This document shows, in pieces, positions 45,989-57,325 of a stretch of DNA of 64,000 nt. Source of the DNA: Balanoglossus misakiensis (lineage: Eukaryota > Animalia > Hemichordata); NCBI GenBank assembly GCA_040954595.2, contig CM082589.2:3734213-3798212 (forward strand). Direction: 5' to 3'. Within the stretch, counting starts at the first letter, position 1, and each line of letters opens with the position of its first letter. Position numbers and translations under genes: made by a program. Under the pieces are notes generated by a model. The model saw only the letters and a program-made list of their open reading frames with translations. It was not told the DNA's origin and ran no database searches.

Positions 45989-47469
45989 CTTGATAGTTGG
46001 GTCTAAAACTCTCTACAGTCTAAGATAAAACAAACAAAACAAAATAACAAAACCTGCAAACAAATTACAATTCCTGATGAGAATGGATGAAGCATACACG
46101 TTTTTGATGTATAGCTGAACTGTTTGGCAAAATGTGGGCGTTCGACATATTGTGGCGGAATATTTAAATTACTAGGACCAAAACAGCCGTGTGATAAAAG
46201 ATGCCCCGGATCTGCCATGATGCAAAGAAAAACAACGAGATTTCACTGTAAGGTATTGCAGCATGTACGTACCTTCAGAGCGATAAGCTTTTCTCTTTTT
46301 GCAGAATCACCCCAGTCACTGCTGCTTCCGCAAAATCTACCAGGCGACAGCGAGCCAAGGACAGACAGCAAGTCATATGTAATGTTTTTAATATGTTCAA
46401 TTTGTCAGTATGGCAAATTTGCATAATGTGGTAATCAATGGTTCATAACATACGGACGATTATTCAAGTTGTAAATCATTGTTGTGTCATAACAATGCCA
46501 AATAAATTTGTTTAGTTTTAACTGGTAGTAAACGATTCTCGGAATTGATTCGCTTGAATGACAATAGTACGTTAAACAACATAACAATTAACCAAACCAG
46601 GCTGTAGGCAATACCACTACCAGCAAGTAAGTGAAGGCGCACACCATGCATTCACGCGAGCTTCAAGGTACCTGCTCTGTCCATCACCGAATATGTAGCT
46701 GTTGCGCATGTGAAAATACAATTACATGTATAGATAATTATGTGTGCCATACGTACACGTCGGCAAAGACGTCACACACCGCCCGAGTTTCTCAGCTGTT
46801 CGTAGAATCGGATTCATAACAGATCTCCTGGGCGTCATAGGATAAACTTTACCCATACCATTTCAGAAACACACACTGCAGTATTCGCAATACTTGTCAA
46901 CTATATCAAACATGTTTGTACCGAAACCTTCAGAAATTTCTGAGGATATGCAATAGAGAAAGAATATTACAGCTGTAGCATACTTTGGGAGGGGTAGGAG
47001 GAGAGAGCGACAGACAGACATACAGGGACAGAGATCAAAGAAGTACATGTATTGAGAAGGTAAAGGAATACATTTTCAGGCACTGCTTTCATCAGGCACT
47101 TTGCGGATGAACCAAAAATGTGAGAGATACGCAAGATGACCTTTGACTCTGAAAGTTTATGTAATCAGCAGCTGGTGTATCTACATTAGTGATACAGGTG
47201 TGCATGTATTAACACGATGATCACAGCAGCGCATGTGTGAACATTACCAATTCAGTGCAGTCTCCATCATCCGCTCAATAGTCGACGAAAAGAAATCATG
47301 CATCATGCCCCACATGAGTTAAAACACACAGAAATCATGATATTTTGATGTCAAATATAGCTACACAGGACAAAATGGCAAACTAGAAAAAAATGACCGA
47401 TGCAGAGCTTTTTGAGTGATACAGGCGGTGACCAAAAGCAACTCAATTTTTGCCTAACGTCATCGTGTC

Positions 47470-48321
47470 CTATCGCAGGTGCAGTCCACCGTCAACGTAC
47501 AGGTTGACGCCGGTTATGAACGCTGCTTTCGACGAGCAAAGGAAAGCAACAGCATCGCCAACTTCATCTGGCTTCCCCCAACGTTTCAAAGGGGTGCGAT
47601 TCAGTGCGAGCTCGCCGGGGTCCGTGGTGGTTGCCTTCGCGGAGCGGCTGATAATCTTCCACGTCTCGGTGTCTATGTACCCTGGCACGACACAGTTCAC
47701 GGTGATTCGCCTTTCGGCCAATCGTAACGCCGTGTAGCGGACGAAGAACTCCATGGACGCTTTCGCCTGTCCAGTTACATAGCCCTCCTCAAGACGGGGG
47801 GTTTGGCAGGCGTTGCAGCCGGGCGCCGAAATAGCCACGATGTGGCCGCCGCCGTCTTGCATATACCCCACGCATTTATCAACGCACCTCAGGAAACACT
47901 TCGGGTAGACGTTTTGATAATAGTCCCACTGAGCGAAACTCCCCTCTTGCTCGCCATCCGGAGCCCGGGTGGCAATCTTGGCTTGCTCGCTCTCAGGTTG
48001 CGTCGTCAAACCCAAATACAGGCCGGCGCTGTGGACGAAAGCGTCCAGCTTTCCTCCAAACTGCGACTCGACCACTTCGAAGATGGCTTCCAAAGTTTCG
48101 CTCTCCGCCACATCACCTTTCACGGTGTAGATTTGGACGCCGTATCGTTCTTCCAAGTCAGCTTTGCTCTCTGCGGCTGCTCTGTCGTTGGAGTTGTAAC
48201 CGAGCGCCAAATTATAACCATTTTCAGCTAGTTTGTGGGCGATGCCTAATCCAATCCCACGGGTGCCACCGGTCACCACACCGTAGTATTGGGGCCTCAC
48301 TGCCTGTTCCGGTTTAGCCAT
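47470..48321 (-). CDS. SDR oxidoreductase, FabL/FabI-like enoyl reductase type, intronless (283 aa)
   Basis: VTGGTRGIG, LAENGYN, DAFVHSAG, GGGHIVAIS, GYVTGQAKASMEFFVRY, VNCVVPGYIDT, TPLKRWGKPDEV, ITGVNLYVDGG. Confidence 0.9.
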   Translation of the reverse strand: MAKPEQAVRPQYYGVVTGGTRGIGLGIAHKLAENGYNLALGYNSNDRAAAESKADLEERYGVQIYTVKGDVAESETLEAIFEVVESQFGGKLDAFVHSAGLYLGLTTQPESEQAKIATRAPDGEQEGSFAQWDYYQNVYPKCFLRCVDKCVGYMQDGGGHIVAISAPGCNACQTPRLEEGYVTGQAKASMEFFVRYTALRLAERRITVNCVVPGYIDTETWKIISRSAKATTTDPGELALNRTPLKRWGKPDEVGDAVAFLCSSKAAFITGVNLYVDGGLHLR

Positions 48322-48857
48322 TGGACCAGAGGAATTTATAGTCGAACTGACTGTGGTGAAACTACTAGTATACACTACACTGACACCAAACACCCTCACT
48401 GCACTGGCCCGATGTTGAGGTGACACGCACGTGACACAAAGTACAAAGCCGTCCTTGATTACCATACAAAGATTCGGTGACACCAGATTTTTATGTTGAT
48501 CATCACGATATGACGCAATGCCACCTTTTCAGTTGAATTCGGGTTTGTTTGACCATCCCTGGGGTTATTTTTTGACCAGATACTTGATGATAAGAGAACT
48601 TGATGATATCACGGAGCTACTGTGGTAGCTCCATGGTGATATGACGCAATATCAGGTTGCGCGATATGTCACCTTTTCTTATAATTGATTACATCTGCGT
48701 TTGACCATAGACCTTATAACCCCAAAGTCCAACTCAAGTAACACACATTGTTTACATACGCAGATGCTTTCTTGTCGCCTGGGAGTGCCGTACACCGTAC
48801 ACGTGATTTTTTTCTGTGATCGTGCAGGTGGCCTGCGCTATTATCTGTTTAATTGTC

Positions 48858-49936
48858 ATGGAAAACGGACGAAAAGTCGCCGTTGTGACAGGGGGAACTC
48901 GCGGGATAGGTTTCGGCATTGCCAAAATACTGGCCAGAGATGGTTTTAACCTCATTCTCGGCTTCAATGCAAACGTGGACAGGGCGCAGGCGTCCAAGTC
49001 TCTCCTGGAAGACGAACACGGAGCCCGGGTTGTCCTCGTGAAAGGCGACATCGGCGAGCAGCAAACCATCTCGGCCATATTCGAAGCGGTGGAGAGGGAG
49101 TTTGACGGGTGCCTGCACGCGCTCGTCCACAACGCCGGTTTGTACGTGGGGAAGTCGACCACGCCGTCGACACCCGATGCCGAGACGGCTGCGGCGGAGA
49201 AGCTAGGGCTGAACACCGAACAACCGCTAGGTTCGGGCGCTCCGGAAAACTTCGCGCAGCTGGACTACTATCAGAAAGTCTACCCGAAGTGTTTCTCGCG
49301 ATGCGTGGAGAAGAGTATACAATACATGGAGAAGGCAGGCGAAGGTCACATTATTGGTATGTCGAGTCCCGGTTGTAATATCACGCAGCGGCCTCGAGTG
49401 GGTTATGATATGCCTGGACAAGCCAAGACAGTTGTTGAATTCTTGACCAGGTAGGTATGTGAAATTTGCCGACGTTATTGGGATGGGACCAAAACGAAGG
49501 ACAGTGTTATCATGATTATATCCATGAAATATAGAAAGGCCGCGTCTATTGCCACCCGGGGGACTAAAGACACTCCGATAAATCTTCAAAATAAAGCCAG
49601 TGACACTGATAACTTCAGAAAGCGGCCGTACTTTGTTATCTATATTCTCCGTGATAGTAAATTCTTGTCCACCTTTTTCTGTTTTACAGATACTACGCCC
49701 TAAAACTCGCCCCCAAACGGATCAACGTAAACTGTATCATTCCCGGCGTCACAAGATCCGAAGCTTGGGGTCAAGTGCCTTTACAGAGCGTTGCATCCCG
49801 ACTGTGTCCGATGGAGGAAGTTATTCAGCCAGAAGATATCGGAGAAGCTGTCTCATTCCTCTGCAAACCAAGCTCCAAGTTTATTACGGGGACGTGTTTA
49901 CCTGTTGATGGCGGGCTGTACTTGAAAAGTGCTTAA
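48858..49936 (+). CDS. SDR oxidoreductase, FabL-like paralog, 2 exons (48858-49450, 49690-49936)
   Basis: VAVVTGGTRGIG, LVHNAG, MEKAGEGHIIGMSS, Yx6K motif YDMPGQAK. A GT-AG intron splits LTR|YYALKLAPKRINVNCIIPG; ends ITGTCLPVDGGLYLKSA*. Confidence 0.9.
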
Positions 49937-50532
49937 ATATCACATCTGGCCACAGCAAGAAATGAACGGCCATAGCGGCAGACGGACAATCACAAAAAGA
50001 CAAATATGGATATACAAATCAAAAACAGATCCTATGTTCACACATGGGGCCAATATAACCATACATAGTCGTTTTTGCTGTCTATGATATAACTTCTCTC
50101 TGTTCTATTTGTGACCACGGCTTCCATAAATTAAAACACGCTTTCATCCGATGATAATGGTTTATTTGCGGTACTGTTGCAATGATATACCGGTGTTAGG
50201 ATTCATGACAAACATCAAGTAAGATCACGTCTCCATTGAAACTGGTTATACATGGGGTTATACATGAGAAGTGGTCGGGGTGGATCAGGCTATACAAATC
50301 AAACAGTTTTGCGTGGCCTAATCGATGGGCCCTATTGACCGCTGACAATGACGCATACCACACCTTTGCAATATTATAATAGTGAATTTGATTCACAATC
50401 ATAATTGTTGACAGTCGTACATACCGAAAGCACGTTTATACACGCATGACGTTTGGCGTAACCGGATAAATGTCTTTAAAGAGATGGGCACGCTTACATC
50501 ACTGTAGTTAATTTAGTTAGTAAAAAAACATC

Positions 50533-53500
50533 ATGTCGCGATACCTAACTATGGACCGTGTCATCTGTGTTGCCTTGCGTATCTACATCACCGCTGCCGC
50601 AGTCATTCCAACGGTAATCCCTGCTAGTGTGGATAATGTGAGCGCACCCACAGCAAGCTACAACTTCAACGGGACGACTTTGGCGCCCACGGAGGAAATT
50701 CCGTACATGGCGTTTACAAATACTTTAGTACTCGACGATGACGGCAACTACCGACTGTCCTGGGCGTTCACTCACACCGAGATCACATTCGAGATTCGTG
50801 CCCAGACCCGCGGATACGTTGGGCTGGGCTTCTCTACCACGGGGGGTATGATCAACGCAGACATCGTTATCGGCTGGGTCAGAGATGGGAGAGGTTACTT
50901 GAGTGTGAGTTATCGTATGATTACTACTATATTAATAATGTGATACATGTATTGAATTCGTCGCCATGTAACGTCAGGTGTTGGCAGTTTCACCATGCAC
51001 ATGCACAATTTGATTGGGGTATCTTTTACTGGGACTTTCATAAGGGATCGAAACCACAAAAACAGTACATTAGTAATAAATAAAGTACCTTTCTTTCAAC
51101 AGGATCGATTTGCTACCGTAAACGGAGTACCAAGTATTGACGAAAGCCAAGATTACAAACTACTTTCTGCGAAAGAAACAAGCTTGCATACTATTTTGAC
51201 ATTTTCCAGGAAGCTTAGGACATGTGACCATAGGGACGTAAATATCCAGGTATGTCATTTTTATAAGGTTTCATTGACTTCTTGAATGAACCGGCCAATG
51301 ATCAATAAGTATAAAAAGCACACACATTTATAAGTTTTCATATAAAGGGTGGTGGTCGTCTAGACTGCACATGCGCGACTTTTCTGTTTATAACCACACC
51401 GTCAACATTGTTCTAGGGAGACCCTGCCAAGCATGCAATACATGTTATATCAAAGTTATTTGGAAATATGCTAGAAAAGTAACAACCTATTTTTGCGATG
51501 AAGTACAGTGTAATCCGCTGGCAACTGTGTCACATGGGACTCATGGTTATAAATTACAACTGGTACGAGCTTGATCGAAATACTGATGAAGTCTCGGTAC
51601 TTTTGATAACAGGAAAGCATGCTAGCCATCATATGGGCTTACCATGCCGACGAACCGGACGATGTGGCCAAAACCATGGGGATTGCTTATCATGGAACGG
51701 CAACGCGTGGCGTGAAGGAAGTTTATCTGTTAGATTATTCGAGTTTTATTCCTGATGTACCTTTAGACGAACCGGGCTTAAATGTGATGGATCTTCAAAA
51801 TCCTAATGTAGGTATTTCACCAAAGTATACGTCGGTATTCTAGTATTTGAAGAAAATCCAGCAAATATAGAAGAAACTGATATGCTTGTATTCTATTTTT
51901 TTTATTTGTTAAATGATAAAACAAAGATGTTTCAATCAGTAAAAAAAACACTGACTTCAGAAAAAAAGTGACAAAAAGTTTGGTCAAAGGTTCCACAAAA
52001 TCATTCCAATTTAAAACAAGATTATCGTTATAGAAGACTACAGATCTATCGCTGTAACTGTTTGCAATTTCAGGTCAGCGTATCAGGCGAATACGAGACA
52101 ACTCACTGGTGTCAAGTGTTCAAATTACCAGAACTAAATGGCAAGCATCATATGATTAAGGTGGGCAAATAAATCAGAAAGTTTAATCAAATGTGTGTTT
52201 ATGTAATGACGACTGGCTTGGTGCTGCAATGTGAATGATAACTCCCGAACATGCCTATACCTGCTGTACAGACACACTAACACACCGAGACACATAATAA
52301 CATCTATCTATGTATGTTCGATTAAACTCCTTTCACGTCCTTGATTCTTTTTCAGTATGAACCAATAATAGACATAGACAGTGAGTTAGCACTGATGTCC
52401 ATTAACGTGAAACAGTGCCTTGATCAAAATATCCCTGACTCATTTGATGGTTTTGGTTACCATTGTCACAGAGATCAACAGCCGGCCGAATTAGCTACGT
52501 GTTATTCTACAATCATGACGTGGAATGCAGGAGGCAGTGTAAGACAATTATTTCAGTGCAGATAGACCATTGCCACTATCTATTTGTTTAGTACCGGGAA
52601 GATATTAATTTATAATGCAGGGAAATACGATAAAGATTTTAAATCAACGTATATTAATTGAAATATCAATGAAATACAATATATGCAATATAATTTTCTC
52701 CTACTTTTCGTTATTCTGGAAACAGGGATTTCGCTTTCCAGAGGAAGCGGGATTTTCTTTGGGCGACTTCCGGCATGGGGATCCTCAGTTTGTTGTCATG
52801 GAAACTGTTATAGCTCCTTTCTCGAATTCAAGTAAGTTGTGTTTCATTGCATGCAATGAAATTTCAGTAATTGAGAGGATTCCTTAAAACATTTTTGGTA
52901 CTTTTTTTAAAAATATTATCAGGGATATTAATGTAAAACGGGCAGCGAGAGAGAGAGAGACTTTGTCCTTTTAATGTGTACATGTATTAACTTCTATCTT
53001 CATTGACTAATTGTATTGCAGCGATAGTAGACTCATCCGGAATTCGAGTATTCTACACCTCAAATTTACGACCTAACGATGCTGGTATACTCAGAATAGG
53101 ACACGTTACTTCTAATGAAATGGTAATACCGCCCGGTATCGAAAACTTCGTTGTCAATGGTTACTGTTCAAAGGAGTGCACAAATTATGTAAGTATATGC
53201 ACTGGAGTCAGGGCGTTTGAATGATGGGGAAACACAGCACATGTATATACGATCATTTGCAGGGTTTCTGCAGTCAGTACATGTTTAATACAGGTCAGTA
53301 TATTTTATCGTTTTGCAGGGCCTCTACAATCAAAGTATAGCAGTGTTTGCAACGTTATTGGATGGAAGACGCAGTATGACCGCAATACGTACTCGCCATC
53401 TGCGAGACGGCAGGGAACTGGACCTTATAACACAGAACGTCGATTACAACGCAAAGTTTAGGGCCATAACATACTTGAAGAGAGTTGCTTGGGTTAGGCC

Positions 53501-54643
53501 GGTAAGAACTGCGATGTGACCACAGGTCACGTGTCACCCACGAGCTTCAGTTATACTCATGCATATGCCATCCATCATATCCGTAGTTTTCATTTTCTTG
53601 CCTCTGTCTTAGTACTGCCAAGCTATCGGTAATGGTGATGCAATGATTTTGTGGTTGTGATTTCAGGGTGATGAATTGCTGACTGAATGTACATATAACA
53701 CTGTTGACAAGTCAGCAATAACGTATGTAAGTAGAAATGCTGCGGTTATTATACTCAGCTAACTTCCTTGAGCTGTACTAGTATTTTCACATTCTTTCGA
53801 GGGTCCCCTTTTTCTCATATGCATATGCCTTTTGTATAGTCTTCCACGCGATGAGAAAAATATCACACACGTTGGATAATTTGCTCAGCGCCGGTCACAA
53901 TTACTCATTCGGCATCTCCACTAATAACGTTTTTAAAAAAATATAAATTAGGGTGGATTCAGCTCACACAATGAAGTCTGTCGCGACTATTTATTTTACT
54001 ATCCTCGGACGCATCTCATTAGATGCCAAAGTTCACTGGAATGGCGTTTTGGAATGTATGCAGTAGCCAAAATCACAAGAATGGATAAATCGTAAGTACA
54101 ATGAAAACGGTTCGAGCTACTCACGTAGAGGAATCCACTGACTATCGATTTTCAGTTGACATTAAGAATGTTTGTGTAAACTGTTGTCATTTTCAGTTGA
54201 TTAAAAAAATACTGTTTTTTTGCAAATCTCACAATTTGGCAGCTCATGGGGCTTTATTCTTTATTTTACAAACGCAGGTGGCCGAAAATAGTAATAGAGC
54301 CAGACCACCACGCAGGTCAATCAATGTTTCAAATCCTGAATGCATTGGAGTGGAACAAAGAACAGACAAACGGTCTACAAAATGCATACTCTACGGCTTT
54401 TATTAATACATGTGTTCGATATGGAGGACCGCCCCCCGTAAGTGTTACATGGATGTTTCTTTATTTGAAGTGTGTATATTCTGCCAATTTTGTTTAGCTG
54501 GTGACACACATATGTCGAATTATGAAAACAATCTACAGATGGCCATATTATGCATACCAACAGAAAAAAAAACGCCGTACACTGTGCCATATTGCGATGG
54601 TTATGTAAATTTAAAAAGACCCACACCGTGTAACCCAGTGTGA
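50533..54643 (+). CDS. MOXD1: MOXD1/DBH-like protein (signal peptide, DOMON, Cu-monooxygenase N/C folds) lacking copper ligands; ~12 exons, last exon uncertain
   Basis: YRLSW...GYVGLGFS..GGMINADIVIGWV, LTFSRKLRTCD, THWCQVFKLP...HHMIKYEPII, GFRFPEEAGFSLG, DSSGIRVFYT..LRPNDAG, GDELLTECTYNT, LFYYP. Phase-consistent GT-AG exons. Confidence 0.88.
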
Positions 54644-57325
54644 ATGAAGTGGACTTTTCTCCATCACGTGGACACGAAATCTGGACGTATATAGTACACA
54701 GTATCTTTGAACAAGGAACGCATAAGGAGCATGTAACCATGGTAGTTGGTATGTGTAGTTGCTAACGAAAACTTGCTTCAATTTGTTTGCAGACGTATGA
54801 CAGTTACTCCTTCGTACCAGAGATAAGATACCCGTTGACAGAAGAAAATGTTTGTGGATCGAGCTCGGGGTTGGACAGAAATCTGTGGAGAATATTTGCA
54901 ATTCTGATTATCCTATTTCAGATCTCTGTTACGTATACATATATATGTGATAAGGTCATGTAGTCCAATGTTTTACACTCTTTCATGTTAAGATAATAAA
55001 GAACACGTTTTACTTTGACGGTGCCAGTGTATTGGCTGACACGTTATCTCCAAGTGCTTACACATGTATATTATTCATAGAATGCGACGAGAAAATACCG
55101 CCTGGTGTTGACAGTTTAAACAGAACAGGTCCTGATGCTTGACCGATCAAGCTGACGTGACCAACGGTTGAATTGTGAAAATATGAGAAATTTTGTAGCT
55201 CATAGGACTGTAATACAGATCTAAACACAATTTCGTGTTACATAAATAAACTCAGACACAAGGATGCATAAGGAAACGTTGGTTTAATGTTAAAAGTTTA
55301 TTCGTCATCAAAATTGTCTTAATACTTCTGATCTTTACAAAGGTATCCTGAAATGATTACAAAATTAGACACGGTAAAACTGAAACACGACGAGTAGACA
55401 TGTCAGCTATTTGGTGGGAATCTTGATCAGTTTGCAAAAAAGTGTACTGCATTATTATCACTTACAAGAAACAAATGTTGCCTATGGAGGCAAATGCTAC
55501 AGACTAGTCTCCCTAGCTAACCCCAGATTACTGAATGCGGTTAGTATAGGCTCTGACATTGGACAACGAAACGTGAGGTGTAGAAAAATAGAGTTTGGTA
55601 CTATATTCAGCATCTTGTCTAAAGATAAATGAAAGAATTCTAACCAGCGCCGAAATATAGCTAGATCTGTACTCAGTTTAGGTTTTGACCTACACAAATA
55701 TCACAAAATCTATTCGGTTAGGCTGTAGGTTAACTTGATTTAAATTAACCCAGAAATCGTTGCAGCTATTGTCAGAACAGTTGATATATAGGAGCATGTA
55801 TGCACGGAGACTGGACATATAAATGTATGACCATTAACACAAGACATAATTTCAAAATAGTCGCGGTTTAAATAGCGTAATCGTCCAGGATATAAATTAT
55901 TAATTCCACCTTCAAAAGCACAACCAACGCAGTTGTTGTGGTAAAAACTGACGGTTTCGAATAAAAGATGACACAGGACACATCGCAACCCAATATATCC
56001 TCAGTTATTACATAATAAATTGTTAACAAATAATCTCCCGGGTGTCTAGAAATCTATTTCTATGTCAAGTTCATTCACAACCAATTTGCATAGTAATTAT
56101 TTGCGAGGTAATGTAGACTGTAGGCTGGCAGTGGGTAACTGCATCATGTGTGTTTTTGTTGAGCTGGGGTGAACAAAAGCAACGAGCTATTGGTTGGAGC
56201 CGGGCGTTTCTCGTAAATAATACTGCAAATTGTTGTCAATGTCTCAAAAATCAAAAGCAGACAACACCTATATTAGTAAAAATCCAATAAATATTGTAGT
56301 TAAATGATTTGTCGCATTCAAAAAAATTATATTCAAAATGACTAAAATTCATAAACGGGAAATAATTTTGAAGAAAACTAAACTCAAGATATGTGTTGAC
56401 TATAGGTAAAATTTAAACAATTCGTTGGATTGAGGCGTATGCAGTCGCCAATTCTGAGCTACTCGCTTTACAAAGTTGGTGAAAAACATTCCGGTATAAA
56501 ATCAACGACAAATGTGCGCTATCACTACCGAGAGTAATGTGTTAGAAGAACGCTGAACTAAAAAAACAAGACTACACAAAAATTAAAAAATATATTTTTT
56601 TGGAATGTGCACGTGACAAAATAAGCAATCTTCAGTACATTGCTTCCATAGAAACAAACAAAAAAAACAGACAAAAGATAAACACAAAGAAGACAACTGT
56701 GGTCCGAAATGACATCAAAACAACACACGTGTATAAGGCTTCTTCGAGGAAAAGCAAATGTCGGCGAGGCAGAGTTGATTTATTTTTTCACTTTAAATTT
56801 TGATTTTGCTTTGTGTTTGATAAAATCAGCGCGATCAGATGGAAGCAAAAGAAAGAACGCTTTCTTTTAACAGAAAGATTAAAAATCATTATCATGAGTT
56901 TGTTTACATTCTATAAAAAACATAGTAATACGAGAATGAATTGCAGATACTGACTTTTGTAGCTTTTGAAAAGCTTGAACTGCATTCTGCACGACATTTG
57001 TGTTATTTTCATTACCTGTACACAAAATCAATTCATTGTGCACGTTCTCTCTCTATTAAATGTGTCATTTCCAAAATAAGGCACAAAATTAAATCATGAT
57101 TATTCATAAAGTGTATGATTTAACGATATTGTACATCCTCAACTGTAATCCTAAATCGACTGCTCTTTACATGTCTAACTGCTGATTGCGTGAACAGCGC
57201 AGCACTGGCACCAATCAGAGACTTCATATCAAACGCACCAGCCCACCCACCCATCCATCCAATCAGCAGTGGACTTTGTAAGAGCCGCAGCAAAAACACC
57301 AGCCAATCAAACAGCAGCTGCCTTA

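Noticed and set aside
48322-48483. 54-aa N-terminal extension of the minus-strand SDR in the ORF track
   Set aside because: It starts at a non-ATG codon, and the paralog and SDR fold begin near the ATG at 48321.
47803-49216. Antisense ORFs over the SDR genes (47803-48231, 48752-49216)
   Set aside because: Shadow ORFs of GC-rich coding sequence.
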